Below are positions 1 to 10,800 of a stretch of DNA of 64,000 nucleotides, in pieces (positions within the stretch are counted from its first letter, which is position 1; each line of letters starts with the position of its first letter). The stretch comes from Desulfuromonadales bacterium. GTDB taxonomy: Bacteria; Desulfobacterota; Desulfuromonadia; Desulfuromonadales; SZUA-540. A program made the position numbers and the translations under genes. The notes under the pieces are model-generated. The model was not told the DNA's origin. It worked only from the letters and a program-made list of their open reading frames with translations, and did not search any database. Location: NCBI GenBank assembly GCA_033549025.1, contig JAWSUS010000002.1, forward strand, positions 192,001-256,000, in the 5' to 3' direction.

Positions 1-1021
1 TGCCGATGAGCCCGCGGCCGGCGTCGACCCGGCTGCCGAAGCGGACCCCGTCGTAGCGGGCCAGGTTGCTCGACGCTTCGGCCGTGGCGATCAGATAGTA
101 GCAGGCGACGGCATAGTCCGTATGGGGCAGGCTGACCTCGACAAACTCGGCCCCCAGTTCCCGATAGGTGGCAATCGCCGCGTCCATGGCCGTCTTAACC
201 TCGGGATCGAGCCCATCGATGAAATACTCGCGGGGCAGGCCGATCTTCAGCCCCTTCACCCCCTCTTGGAGCTGGGCGCGGTAATCGGGTACGGGACGAT
301 CCACCGAAGTGGAGTCGGCCGGATCATAGCCAGCGACGGCTTCAAGCAGAATGGCGCAGTCCTCCACGTCGCGGGTGACGGGCCCGACCTGGTCGAGGGA
401 GGAGGCATAGGCGATGACCCCGTAACGGGAGACGCGACCGTAGGTGGGCTTGAGACCGACCACCCCGCAGTGCGCGGCGGGCTGGCGGATGGAGCCGCCC
501 GTATCCGTCCCCAGCGTGGCCACCGCCTGCCGGGCGGCCACCGCCGCTGCCGAACCGCCGGAGGAGCCGCCGGGAACCGTCACCCTGTTCCAGGGGTTTT
601 TGACCGCCCCGAAGGCGGAATTCTCGTTGGAGCTGCCCATGGCGAATTCATCCATGTTCAGCTTGCCGACAATCACGGCACCGCGTTCTTTCAGGCGGGC
701 CACCGCCGTGCCGTCGTAGGGGGCAATAAAGTTGTCGAGAATCTTCGAGGCACAGGTGGTGCGCACCCCTGCCGTCAGAAAGATGTCCTTGAGCGCCACG
801 GGGATGCCCGTGAGCACATCCGCTTCGCCGGCGGCCAGACGGCGGTCCGCTTCGGCCGCAGCGGCCAGGGCTTCCTCCCGGCACACGGTGATGAACGCGT
901 TGATTTGATCATCGGTGGCGGCAATGCGGTCGAGAAAGGCTTGGGTGAGGGCGACCGACGTCGTCTCTCCCTGGCGCAGCAGCGCCTGCAGCTCGTGTAT
1001 GGTTTTATCGATCAGTTCCAT
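1..1021 (-). CDS. gatA: Asp-tRNA(Asn)/Glu-tRNA(Gln) amidotransferase subunit A (3' end outside window)
   Basis: Not in the ORF track. Manual translation from ATG at 1021 gives [68 protein letters not shown] (amidase signature). RBS GGAGAA; lies directly downstream of gatC. Confidence 0.97.
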   Translation of the reverse strand, partial: MELIDKTIHELQALLRQGETTSVALTQAFLDRIAATDDQINAFITVCREEALAAAAEADRRLAAGEADVLTGIPVALKDIFLTAGVRTTCASKILDNFIAPYDGTAVARLKERGAVIVGKLNMDEFAMGSSNENSAFGAVKNPWNRVTVPGGSSGGSAAAVAARQAVATLGTDTGGSIRQPAAHCGVVGLKPTYGRVSRYGVIAYASSLDQVGPVTRDVEDCAILLEAVAGYDPADSTSVDRPVPDYRAQLQEGVKGLKIGLPREYFIDGLDPEVKTAMDAAIATYRELGAEFVEVSLPHTDYAVACYYLIATAEASSNLARYDGVRFGSRVDAGRGLIG

Positions 1022-1045
1022 CGGTTCTCCTGTTCAGACGGAGGC

Positions 1046-1333
1046 TCATTCAATGACGCGGGGTACGCGGAAACAGCCGTTGTCGGCCTCGGGGGCGTTG
1101 GCCAGGGCCTTGTCCACGCCGATGGAGTCACGGACGACATCCTCGCGAAAGGCATTTTCCATCGGTACGGCATGGGCCGTCGGCACGATGCCGTCGGTGT
1201 CGAGCTCCTTGAGCTTCTCCACATAGTCCAGAATCGCATCCATCTGCCCGGTCAGGGCGTCAAGTTCTTCATCCTGCAGGGCAAGCCTCGCCAGTCTGGC
1301 AACGTGCTCGACCTCCGCGCGGGTGATCTTCAT
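1046..1333 (-). CDS. gatC: Asp/Glu-tRNA amidotransferase subunit C
   Basis: MKITRAEVEHVARLARL..FREDVV..ALANAPE..FRVPRVIE, a typical GatC; upstream of gatA. Confidence 0.97.
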   Translation of the reverse strand: MKITRAEVEHVARLARLALQDEELDALTGQMDAILDYVEKLKELDTDGIVPTAHAVPMENAFREDVVRDSIGVDKALANAPEADNGCFRVPRVIE

Positions 1334-1378
1334 AAGTTGTTCTCCTCCATGGGATTTTTACTCTCTGCAAGACCTGAA

Positions 1379-1407
1379 AAAGTAGCACGGGCCCGCGCAA
1401 TTTTCAA
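1379..1407 (-). promoter_or_regulatory. sigma70-type promoter for gatCA
   Basis: Minus strand TTGAAA-N17-TACTTT with an extended -10 TG. Confidence 0.55.
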
Positions 1408-1546
1408 GCATCAAGGCCCTCGATCGAAAGGAAGAAAAACGAATACATATTGATTTTTTAAAAAGTCGTGCTAAAAATGGAGGCATTTCCATCGAAGCTC
1501 CGTCGACGACGGCGCAAAACTATCCACCCAAAAGGAGAAATGAAAA

Positions 1547-2197
1547 ATGCGTAAGAATATCTGTTACCTTCTTGTTGCTGGCCTCGTTCTGGCCGGTTGT
1601 GCCCAGCCCCAGACCAAAACGACCCAGGGAGCCATGGTCGGCACCGGCGTCGGTGCCGCCGTCGGTGCCGGCCTTGGACAGGTCATTGGCGGTGACACCG
1701 AGGCCACTCTTATCGGTGCCGGCATCGGCGCGGCCCTCGGCGGAGCCACCGGTGCCTCCTTTGGACGCTACATGGATAACCAGGAAGCCCTCATGCGTCA
1801 GCAGCTGGCCGGAGTCGAAGCCGCCAACATCCAGCGCAACGCCAACCTGCTGGCCATCACCTTCAAGTCTGACTTCATGTTCGACGTAAACTCTGCCAAT
1901 CTCAAGCCCGGCTCCTACGACGAGATTACCCGAGTGGCCCAGGTACTCAACCAGTACCCGCAGACCTCTGTCCAGATCGCCGGCCACACCGATTCCACCG
2001 GTGCCGAAGCCTACAATCAGGATCTCTCCGTCAAGCGTGCCAATGCCGTCAAGAATGCCCTCACCGGCCAGGGAGTGAATCCCGCCCGTCTGAATGCCAT
2101 CGGCTTCGGCGAATCCCAGCCCATCGCCGACAACAACACCGAGTACGGCCGTCAGCTCAACCGCCGGGTCGTCATCACCATCGCTCCACAAGGCTGA
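1547..2197 (+). CDS. OmpA-family outer-membrane lipoprotein (YiaD-like: glycine zipper plus OmpA C-terminal domain)
   Basis: Lipobox LVLAGC; GA..G..GA..GA glycine zipper; GHTDSTG..YNQDLS.KRA..V..GFGESQPIADN.T.YGRQLNRRVVI; RBS AGGAG. Confidence 0.93.
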   Translation: MRKNICYLLVAGLVLAGCAQPQTKTTQGAMVGTGVGAAVGAGLGQVIGGDTEATLIGAGIGAALGGATGASFGRYMDNQEALMRQQLAGVEAANIQRNANLLAITFKSDFMFDVNSANLKPGSYDEITRVAQVLNQYPQTSVQIAGHTDSTGAEAYNQDLSVKRANAVKNALTGQGVNPARLNAIGFGESQPIADNNTEYGRQLNRRVVITIAPQG

Positions 2198-2220
2198 GAA
2201 TTTTCCCTGTTTCTGCCAGC

Positions 2221-2257
2221 AAAAACGGCTCCCGGGTTGTCCCGGGAGCCGTTTTTT
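2221..2257. terminator. bidirectional intrinsic terminator
   Basis: AAAAACGGCTCCCGGG-TTGT-CCCGGGAGCCGTTTTTT between convergent genes. Confidence 0.9.
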
Positions 2258-2282
2258 ATTTCACTGCGCACACCGCAAAGAT

Positions 2283-3887
2283 TCAAATGCCGGTGATCCG
2301 CTCGTCGGCCGGATAGGTGACATGAAAACGGGTGAGCAGGTCCTCTTTTTCCCCGGCGGCAAGCTCCCTGGTCCAGGTGAGGGTACCGTCCGCGGCGATC
2401 TCCGCTTCGGTAGCGGCCGGTGAGACGACGGTCACCGCAATCTTTTCGTGGGCGGAGACGGGAACCTGATCGCGGATCAGCAGACGCACATGCCGCGCCT
2501 TGCCGTTGACGATCTCCGTCTTATAGGCGAAATGCTTGCGCGTCTGCTTGCTGAAGGCACCGATCTCTTCGGTGAACTGTTCCTGCAGACTGTGGGTAAC
2601 GAGAATGGTTTCATCCATCCCGAGGGCCAGGCGCATCTCGTCGCCGGCGGGGATGGACACCGCCACCCGGTTCGTCCCCACATAACGGCCATCCAGGAAG
2701 ATTTTAAGTTCGCCTTCCTGCAAGGGAAAAACGAAGGGATTCTTGAGGACTGCCGTCAGAGAGGCAAAGCGGGACCGTCGGGGCACGGCCAGATACTCGA
2801 AGGTCGATTCAGCGTCGGAGGTTGATATCAGAATCTTGTGGGGCTGGTTGTCGGACGGCAGCGCAATTTCCCGATTGAGCCGGTAGGACATGGACGTCGC
2901 CTCGCTTCGCACCTCGGGTTCGTAGGCGCCTGCTGCGGCCATTTCCTCCATGGGCGCCGATTCCGCCATCTTCAGGCGATCCGCGGCCAGGGTACGATAG
3001 GCCACCGGCGGCGGTTCATAGAGATCCACGCGCCAGGGGGAGAGTGGGGGAATTTCGCCGGAAACGCTCGGACGCGCCGTGGAAATTTCGACGCGGGCAC
3101 CACCCAGATCCTCGCCCGTCGCTTGCTGGACCACCGCAAAGAGATGGAGGGAAAGGCGCTGCTGCGTCGAATCAGCCCGCACTTCATAGAGCGGCCGCCA
3201 GCGCACATCCGTCAGGAAGTAGGAATAGTCGAGCTCGATGGAACCCGCCGTTTCGGCCAAGACCGTCACCCGCAGACTTTTGGAGTCCTCGCGCAGGGGA
3301 CCGAGAGCTTTCAGCTCCTTCTCCAGCTCCGTTTTTCTTCTCTCCAGCTCGGCAAGGGCCTGATCGAGGCGGGCGATGTTTTCCAGACGCGCCGCCACGG
3401 CCTTTTCCATCGCCCCCAGATAGCTCTGCACAACCTGAAAGGTCGTGTTCTGCTCCTGGGGAAAAGGCATCACCTTCTGCAGAAAAGCGATGGACTGGCT
3501 GTTGACTTCGCGTTCAGTCTTGTGTCCGACAATCTCTTTTTCGATCGTGTCAAGCTCCTTCTGCAGACTGCGCAGACGCTCCTGCACCGGCTTGACCAGG
3601 GCCGTACGGCGCACCTGAACATCCAGAACGCTCACCTTGGCATCTCCGCGAATATTCGCCTGTACCGAGTCATCCAGGAGATTCGGTACCAGCCCCGTGA
3701 TATCGAAAGAGGTCTCCCCCCGTTCCACGGAAACACGCAGGCTTTTTTTCACCATGGCCCGATCGGGATAGACAACCACTTCCCGCGTGGCCGCGGAGGC
3801 GGCTTCATACTCCGCCTGCCCCCAAGTGAGACAGGGCAACAGCAAAAACGGCACCAGCATCAGGCCTGAAAAGACTTTTCGCAGCAT
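2283..3887 (-). CDS. DUF4140/DUF4139 (MuiA-like) exported protein
   Basis: Signal peptide; N-terminal VVVYPDRAMVK; coiled coil; W.P.Y.VR; Q.TGED; C-terminal IRDQVPVS..GTLTW..L.AGEK. Start set at ATG 3887 with a GGAGG RBS. Confidence 0.85.
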   Translation of the reverse strand: MLRKVFSGLMLVPFLLLPCLTWGQAEYEAASAATREVVVYPDRAMVKKSLRVSVERGETSFDITGLVPNLLDDSVQANIRGDAKVSVLDVQVRRTALVKPVQERLRSLQKELDTIEKEIVGHKTEREVNSQSIAFLQKVMPFPQEQNTTFQVVQSYLGAMEKAVAARLENIARLDQALAELERRKTELEKELKALGPLREDSKSLRVTVLAETAGSIELDYSYFLTDVRWRPLYEVRADSTQQRLSLHLFAVVQQATGEDLGGARVEISTARPSVSGEIPPLSPWRVDLYEPPPVAYRTLAADRLKMAESAPMEEMAAAGAYEPEVRSEATSMSYRLNREIALPSDNQPHKILISTSDAESTFEYLAVPRRSRFASLTAVLKNPFVFPLQEGELKIFLDGRYVGTNRVAVSIPAGDEMRLALGMDETILVTHSLQEQFTEEIGAFSKQTRKHFAYKTEIVNGKARHVRLLIRDQVPVSAHEKIAVTVVSPAATEAEIAADGTLTWTRELAAGEKEDLLTRFHVTYPADERITGI

Positions 3888-3967
3888 ATCAACAACCTCC
3901 ACTCGCTAAAATGAACCGTATCAGCCACGTCGAGACAAGAGCGAAGCGCCGCCTCATCCACAACGAT

Positions 3968-4504
3968 TCAGCGCGCCTCGATCAACGTAGAGAGATATTG
4001 AACCACCTGAGGGGCGTTCCAATCCAGCGCCCCGGTGACCGACTCCACAATCTTCCCCTCCCGATCGATGATGAAAGTGTGGGGCAATCCGTGAACCTTG
4101 TAAAGGCTGGCTACGGACTGGGTCTGATCCAACAGAATGGGAAAGTTCAACGGCACCTCTTTTAGGAACTGCTCCACGGCCTGCTGACCGTTTTCCTCCA
4201 CATTGACCGCCAGCAGGACAAAGTCCTCCTTTTTCAGTCGCTGATAAAGAGCCTCCATGGAGGGCATCTCTTCCTTGCAGGGCGGGCACCAGCTTGCCCA
4301 GAAGTTGAGAAAAACCACCTTGCCCCGGTACTGGGAAAGAGATACCGGCACGCCTTGCATATCCGTCAGAGTGAAATCCGGGGCCATGGCGACAGAAGAC
4401 GGCTCTTTCGCCCTCGACAACTCCGGCTCAGGAGAGCCCGCCAGCCAAAGATAAACCAGAGCCAAACCAATCACCACAGCGGCGATGAAAATCTTGCGTT
4501 GCAT
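3968..4504 (-). CDS. TlpA/ResA-like thiol:disulfide oxidoreductase
   Basis: N-terminal membrane anchor; APDFTL..GKVVFLNFWASWCPPCKEEMP; P.TFIIDREG. Start set at ATG 4504. Confidence 0.92.
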   Translation of the reverse strand: MQRKIFIAAVVIGLALVYLWLAGSPEPELSRAKEPSSVAMAPDFTLTDMQGVPVSLSQYRGKVVFLNFWASWCPPCKEEMPSMEALYQRLKKEDFVLLAVNVEENGQQAVEQFLKEVPLNFPILLDQTQSVASLYKVHGLPHTFIIDREGKIVESVTGALDWNAPQVVQYLSTLIEAR

Positions 4505-4670
4505 GTAATAAATCTCCTTATGATCTTTTTCGCAAAAACCGGCAACCAGCCGGCCATTGCGAGAGAAACGAGGTCGGATTTTGACCGAAAGGCCAAGGTT
4601 AAAACAAGGCGGGAACAAAAAGCAAGGCTTGCCGGCAGATGGGCAGACCCGCCTTGTGGTCCGCCACCTT

Positions 4671-4698
4671 TTGACAGTTTTTATTTTTCGGCCATAAT
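4671..4698 (+). promoter_or_regulatory. sigma70-type promoter for the ferritin-like gene
   Basis: TTGACA-N16-CATAAT about 40 bp upstream of ATG 4740. Confidence 0.55.
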
Positions 4699-4739
4699 TT
4701 CATAAAGAACAATCAAATCAACCATCACAGGAGGGATCT

Positions 4740-5237
4740 ATGCCGCAAGAGTATAAGATGAAAGAAGCCCTGAAAATGGCCATCGAGGCCAAAAAGCACC
4801 TCATGGATTTTTACAACGAGGCCGCCGCCGCCACGGAAAACCCCAAGGGAAAAGTGGTTTTTACCCGCCTGGCCCAGGAGGTCCGGGAGAATGCCGGTAA
4901 GTTCTTCAAGCACTACAAATGGGACGACCTGGGCACCTTCGATGACTTCATGGCGAAGCCGGCCAAGGCGGACTCGGCCATGCTGCACGAACTGAAAAAG
5001 GCCATCGACAAGAACGTACACGAACGCAAGGCCCGCGAGATCGCCCTGCAGGAAGAGTCGGACATGGAGAAGAACTTCACGCTGGCTGCTTCGCACATCG
5101 TGGATCCGTCGGTGAAGGCCATTTTTATGGAAGTGGCCAAAGATACCCGTATCCATTATGAAATCATCGAGTCGGAATACGCCCACACCATGGGCATGGT
5201 GCACGAAACGGATATCGATACTTACGTGCGCGAATAG
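4740..5237 (+). CDS. ferritin-like/rubrerythrin-family protein
   Basis: Two repeats of the AL..AI.....FY..AA....K..F..LA.E pattern typical of the four-helix bundle; diiron ligands look partly degenerate; RBS AGGAGG. Confidence 0.75.
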   Translation: MPQEYKMKEALKMAIEAKKHLMDFYNEAAAATENPKGKVVFTRLAQEVRENAGKFFKHYKWDDLGTFDDFMAKPAKADSAMLHELKKAIDKNVHERKAREIALQEESDMEKNFTLAASHIVDPSVKAIFMEVAKDTRIHYEIIESEYAHTMGMVHETDIDTYVRE

Positions 5238-5296
5238 AATCGCATTCGTCGACACGTGAGGCATTTCGAACAACCAGAAGGACAAGGAGGAACGTA

Positions 5297-5509
5297 ATGG
5301 CTGAAAAGGACGTGGTAAGCCACATTTTGAAATTCTGTCGGGATCACGCTTTTGCGAAAAAAGCTTTTCAGCAGATTGTCGAGGAGAAAAACAAGAGCAT
5401 CCAATTGCCTGACGGCGAGGTGCAGTTGACGGACGAGGAGATGGCGGAATTCGTCGAGCGCTTCAGCGCCGAAATCGAGCCGACCCTCTATACCCCCAAA
5501 CGCCTCTGA
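5297..5509 (+). CDS. small hypothetical protein (70 aa)
   Basis: Strong RBS AAGGAGG; protein-like composition; same strand as the ferritin-like gene and just downstream of it. Confidence 0.75.
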   Translation: MAEKDVVSHILKFCRDHAFAKKAFQQIVEEKNKSIQLPDGEVQLTDEEMAEFVERFSAEIEPTLYTPKRL

Positions 5510-5572
5510 TTCGCCGGGGTTGTCGTCTTCGGCCTTGTCAGCCCGGGACGGCGACCTTCACTTCATCAGATC

Positions 5573-5604
5573 GAAATCCCCCGTCAATGCGGGGGATTTC
5601 TTTT
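5573..5604 (+). terminator. intrinsic terminator overlapping the 3' end of the convergent PLD gene
   Basis: GAAATCCCCCG-TCAATG-CGGGGGATTTC-TTTT. Confidence 0.7.
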
Positions 5605-6753
5605 ATCACGACCGAACCAGGCCACTATCGCCACCGCCTTGCCGAGAAACCATTCCCACAGGCGGTAGGTCCAGGGCCGAACTTGCCACTGCGTATATTC
5701 AACTTCATAGCAGCGGGGAAAATCCTCTTCGAAAAAGGCCTGAACCGCTTCGGTGATGGCCGGGGCCTCCACTTCCTGGTTGGCTTCCAGGTTCCAGTGA
5801 TCGTTCCAGCGGTCGCCATTGGCCGAGCCGATAGAGACCCAGTGGTCACACATAAGCACCTTGGCGTGGAGAAAGTGGGGCTGGTATTCAAAAATACGCA
5901 CCCCGTTGCGGAGCATCCGCTCATAATGATGGCGGCCAATCCAGCGGATTTCCGGATGATCCGTATAGGGACCCGGCACCATCAGCCGCACATCCGCTCC
6001 ATTGCCTGCGGCACGGATAAGGGCCCGTCGCAACTTGGAGGAAGGGACGAAATATGCCGTGGACAGCCAGACGCGCTGACGGGCCTGGCGAATATGGGCC
6101 ACGAACGACCGTTTGATCTCGGAACGTCCCAGATAGCGGGAATGGGCGGCCACCCGCCCCGCCTGGGTGCCGGGCGTTCGGGGGGCAGACAGGGGCTCCG
6201 GCAGTTGCAGGGGAACCTTTGACCAGCGATTCCAGGTTTCCGTGAAAAGAGTCTGCCAATCCCTCACGCTCGGTCCCTCGATCTCGAGCATGACATCGTG
6301 CCAGAACCTCTCCGGCTCCGATTCAGGGTCAAACTGGTTCTTCAGCCCTGTGCCGCCCGTGTAGGCCAGAACACCATCCACCAGCAGCAGCTTGCGGTGG
6401 TTGCGAAAGAGATTGCGCTGGCCATGGAAAAACCGCAACGGATTGTAAAAGAGCAGATGTACCCCTGCCTGCCGCAGAAAGTCCCGATCACCCCGCGACA
6501 GGCCCAGACTGCCGTAACCGTCGAAGAGGAGATAGACCTGCACCCCGCGTTCGACCGCCTCGACCAGCGCGGTGAAAAACCGGCTTGCCAGCGTCCCGGA
6601 TTCGACCAGATACATCTCCAGCAGGATATAGCGCCTGGCCTGCCGAATGCTGTCGAGCATAACCGGAAAGAAACTGCCGCCATCTACCAACAACCGAAAC
6701 CTGTGACCGCTCTCCCACGAGGCGCGGTCATCTTCTGTAGCTGGATCCGTCAT
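5584..6753 (-). CDS. phospholipase D family, cardiolipin synthase B-like
   Basis: Two HKD motifs (RNHRKLLLVDG, FLHAKVLMCD); no N-terminal TM helices; start ATG 6753 with GGAGG. Confidence 0.88.
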   Translation of the reverse strand: MTDPATEDDRASWESGHRFRLLVDGGSFFPVMLDSIRQARRYILLEMYLVESGTLASRFFTALVEAVERGVQVYLLFDGYGSLGLSRGDRDFLRQAGVHLLFYNPLRFFHGQRNLFRNHRKLLLVDGVLAYTGGTGLKNQFDPESEPERFWHDVMLEIEGPSVRDWQTLFTETWNRWSKVPLQLPEPLSAPRTPGTQAGRVAAHSRYLGRSEIKRSFVAHIRQARQRVWLSTAYFVPSSKLRRALIRAAGNGADVRLMVPGPYTDHPEIRWIGRHHYERMLRNGVRIFEYQPHFLHAKVLMCDHWVSIGSANGDRWNDHWNLEANQEVEAPAITEAVQAFFEEDFPRCYEVEYTQWQVRPWTYRLWEWFLGKAVAIVAWFGRDKRNPPH

Positions 6754-6781
6754 AAAAGTCCTCCGCGACAAGCTGCGCCAG

Positions 6782-7672
6782 TCAGACCTTGCGGGCTTTT
6801 AAGAGCTGTCGCCCCACCCAATGACTGGAAAACTGCAGGGCGGTGCGGCCACAGCGCTTGCTCTTGTCATGGGACCACTGGATGGCCGCCTCGCGCAGCT
6901 CCGCCGACCATTCCACATCCAGGCCGTTTTGGCCCGCCAGCTTTTCCACGCACTGCCGCACCACCCGCAGATAGTGGTCCTGGGAAAATACGTGGAAAGC
7001 CACCCACAGGCCGAAGCGGTCGGAGAGGGAAATCTTTTCCTCCACCCCCTCGCCGTGATGAATCTCGTTATTGACCATCTTGGCGCCCAGATTGTCCGTC
7101 TCGTACTCGGGCAGCAGATGGCGGCGATTGGAGGTCGTATAGATGCGCACATTGTCGGGCGCCGAATAGACGGAACCGTCGAGGGCGCTCTTGAGCATCT
7201 TGTAACTCGGCTCTCCCGGCTCGAAGCTGAGATCGTCGCACAGCAGGATAAATTTGAAGGGTTTGTCCTCGATAGCGGCGAAGATGTCCGGCAGGTAGGT
7301 CAGATCGTCCTTGTCCACCTGCACCACCCGTAGCCCCTGAGGCGCGTAGGCATGCAGAAGGGCTCGCACCAGGGACGATTTGCCGGTGCCGCGGGTTCCC
7401 CACAGCAGCACGTTGTTGGCCGGGTAACCGGCGAGAAACTGGCGGGTATTCTCCTCCACGACCTCCTTCTGCTCATCAATCCCCAGCAACTCGTCCAGAC
7501 TGACCTTCTCTACTTTCTTCACCGGCTCCAACGTGCCGGAAAAAGAATGGCGGCGCCAGTTGGCGGCCAGGCAGGTCTGCCAATCGATGGTTTCCACGGG
7601 GCGGGGCAGCAGCTGCTCCAGGGAGGTCAGCACCCGCTCGAGCTGGGCGACCACTTCGGGCTTGAGGTTCAT
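6782..7672 (-). CDS. DUF815 family AAA+ ATP-binding protein
   Basis: ANNVLLWGTRGTGKSS, CDDLSFE, YKMLKSALDGS, YTTSNRRHLLPE, EEKISLSDRFGLW. Start ATG 7672. Confidence 0.92.
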   Translation of the reverse strand: MNLKPEVVAQLERVLTSLEQLLPRPVETIDWQTCLAANWRRHSFSGTLEPVKKVEKVSLDELLGIDEQKEVVEENTRQFLAGYPANNVLLWGTRGTGKSSLVRALLHAYAPQGLRVVQVDKDDLTYLPDIFAAIEDKPFKFILLCDDLSFEPGEPSYKMLKSALDGSVYSAPDNVRIYTTSNRRHLLPEYETDNLGAKMVNNEIHHGEGVEEKISLSDRFGLWVAFHVFSQDHYLRVVRQCVEKLAGQNGLDVEWSAELREAAIQWSHDKSKRCGRTALQFSSHWVGRQLLKARKV

Positions 7673-7865
7673 GAGGTTCTCTCCTGTCGTCATTGGGTGT
7701 AGCGAGCAAGCGCTGTCCCACAGGAGTAAGGAAGGTCTTGAACCGGACGCCCCGACTTGGGGAAAGGGGCTCGGGGGCCTGCGGGAAGCAGGCCTATCAT
7801 AACGCAAATGGAGCGAAGGGGATAAATTTTTCTCCGACAGGAGGATACAGGGGGATGGCGAGGAC

Positions 7866-10800
7866 CTAGTAGCCGATAAAAGTCCCCGCCGCATCCGCAT
7901 CCACGGTGCCCACGTTGTTGGCGCCGTCCGGTGAGACCAGGTAGGCTTCCACCTCCGCCGGCGAGGTGCCTTCCGTCATGCCCTTGATGGCGATGAGACC
8001 GTCGCTGGCGCCGCCGGTGGTGGTCAGGCTGAAGGTATTGGCCGTATTGCTGCTGAGGTCGAGTCGCAGCGTGGACCCATTGATGGAGGTGGCGGCAAAG
8101 CCACCGAGCCCGAGGGTGTTGCCGGAGACCGTCGCCGTCATGGTACTGCTGGTATCCTGCAGCAGGGTGATGCCGCTGTCCACCAGGTTGAAGGAGATGT
8201 TCTTGGCGACAAGCTCGCCGATGTTGCGGGCGTAGATACCCGCCGTGCCGCTGGTGATACTGCCGCCATTGACGGTGAAAGAGCCGGCGCTGTTCTCCAG
8301 GTGGAGGCTGTTGCCCAGGGATCCGCCGATATCCACGTTGGCGACCGTGACATCGGCCAGGGAATTGGTGTAGGTAATGGTGTTGCCACCGACGTTGTTG
8401 GGATTGGTGACGGTAATGTCCCCAAAATTGATCAGACCGTCGGCGTCGTTGATTGCGATAGCCGAACCGATACGATCAATGATGTCAACCTGGTCGAAGG
8501 TGATGGCCGAACCCGAACCGATCCCGTCGATATTGATACTGGTGGTCGCCCCGTCGATGGAGGTATCGCCCAGGACCTGAAAGCGGGAACCGGCACTCAG
8601 ATTGCTCAGGTTGATGCCAACGTCGCCGGCATTGACGGCATGAACCGAGGCCAGCGTCACATTGGTCGTAATGGCATCCAGGTCAATGGCCGGTGCATTG
8701 GTGGTGTCGATGAGGCCATCGATCACCGTGAGAGTCGCCTCGGCACTGTTGCGGGCCAGAATACCGGTGCCGCTGTTGGTGAAAATATCCAGATCCTTGA
8801 AGGTATAGCGGCCGCTGTTGTTGTCGAGATAGAGGGGATCGTTGATCAACCGGGTCGTATCACTGCCCAGAGTCAGGTTATCAAAGCTGACGTTCCCCGC
8901 TGAATTGGTGATGCGCACACCCTGGTTGTTCGCCGTCAGGGCCTGAATACGACTCTCCGGGGTGGCGGCAATGAAATTGACGGAACCACCGGCGCGCAGA
9001 TCATTGATGTTGGCAATATAGCCCGAGGCGCTGTCAATGCGTCCACCGTAGCTGACGTTGGCGGCGCTGCCGTCAAGTCCAAAGGCCGTACCCGACTGGC
9101 TGACAATAGTCGTATCGCTGCCGAAGGTGAAGCGACCGTCGGAACCATTGCGGATATCGATACCTACCGGGGAACCCAGCTCTTCGAGCAGGGTAGAACC
9201 TTCGAAACGATAATCACCGCCGGCGTTGCTAAAGAGCAGGCCGCCGCCGGCCGTCGCTTCCAGGCTGCCCGTATTGAACGTCAGCGTGCCGCTGGCGTGC
9301 TCGCTGACACGCACCAGGGCGGCGTCGCGCACCTGGGTTATATCCCCCTGATAGGTCACGCTGGCCGTGCTGCCATTGACGCGGAAAGCGTCGCCGGTGG
9401 GGCTGACAATGGACGTGTCGGCACCGAAGGTGAAGCTGCCGCCGGAACCGGCCAGAATATCGACGCCGGCATCGCCGCCATCCAGGGTGGTCCGCCCCAG
9501 GAATTCGTAGGTGCCGTCGGCGTTGACGAACTGCAGGCCGTCGCCGTTGCTGGCCGTCACCGCGCCGTTGCGGAAAGTCAGCGTGCCGCCGGCGTGATTG
9601 GTCACTTCCACCGCGCTGGCAAGATTGCCCTGGCCGAGCTGTCCTTCGTAGCTGACGGTGGCGCTGCTGTCCCGCACGGCAAAAGCTGAGCCTGTCGGAT
9701 TGGTGATCCTCGTGCTGCTACCAAAGGTGAAGCTGCCGGCCGAATCCGCCAGAATATCGATGCCGGCATCGCCGCCATCGAGGCTGGTGCCCCCCAGAAG
9801 TTCATAGGTGCCGTCGGCGTTGACGAACTGCAAGCCGTTGCCATTGCTGGCGGTCAGATTGCCGTTTCGCAGGGTCAAAGTGCCCGTGGAGTGATTGGCC
9901 ACATCGAGCAGGCTGGCTGCATTGGCTTGGCTCATGGAGCCGCTATACACCAGATCGGCCGTGCTGTCCCGCACCGTTAAGGCTGCGCCCGTTGGATTGA
10001 CAATACTGGTGCCACTGGAAAACTCGAAGCTGCCATCGGAACCGGCGAGGATATCAATACCGGCGTTGCCACCCTGAAGCCTATTTGTTCCCAAAAAGGC
10101 GTAAAGACCATCCGCATCGTAGAATTGAAGACCGTTGCCGCCGGTGGCCTCGATGGTGCCGGTGCGGAAGGTGACGGTGCCTCCCGTGTGCTTGGCAACC
10201 TCCACGGCGTTGCCCGGGCCGTTCTGGGTAATGGTGCCGCTGAAATCGACAGTGGCACTGCTGTCGCGCAGGGTAAAGGCGCTGCCGCTGGGGGTGAATA
10301 TTCCCGTATTGCTGCCGAAGGTGAAGCTGCCGGCCGAATCGGCCAGGATATCGATGCCGGCGTCGCCGCCGACCAGAGTCGTCGTGCCACGGAAATTGTA
10401 GACCCCGTCCGCATTGCGGAACTGCAGCCCGTCACCGTTACCGGCTACGAGCGTGCCGCTGTCGAAAGTCACCTCGCCACCGGTGTGATTGCGAATGGCC
10501 ACGGTCGAGGTGGCGCTGTCGTGGCTCAGGTCCCCCTGGTAGAGGAGATTGGCGCTGCCGCCATCAACGGAGATACCGACGCCGCCTGAATTGGCGACGG
10601 AGCTGCCCCGCCCGAAAGCGAGGGTGCCATCCGTCTCCACGATATCGACGCCCGTGCCGGCGGCGCTGTCCACCTGCAGACGGTTCGCCGCCAGGTCGAG
10701 CTGACTGTTGGCGATATGCACACCGGCATCGGTCGATCCCGTCGAGGCTATCGTTCCCGTCACGGTCATCTGCCCGGTCACGCCGGCAAAATCGAGGGCG

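Noticed and set aside
122..1453. 443-aa plus-strand ORF
   Set aside because: Antisense shadow of gatA/gatC; no recognisable motifs.
7730..7760. CTTGAACC segment reminiscent of 6S RNA or a tRNA T-loop
   Set aside because: I could not build a long rod structure or a cloverleaf around it.
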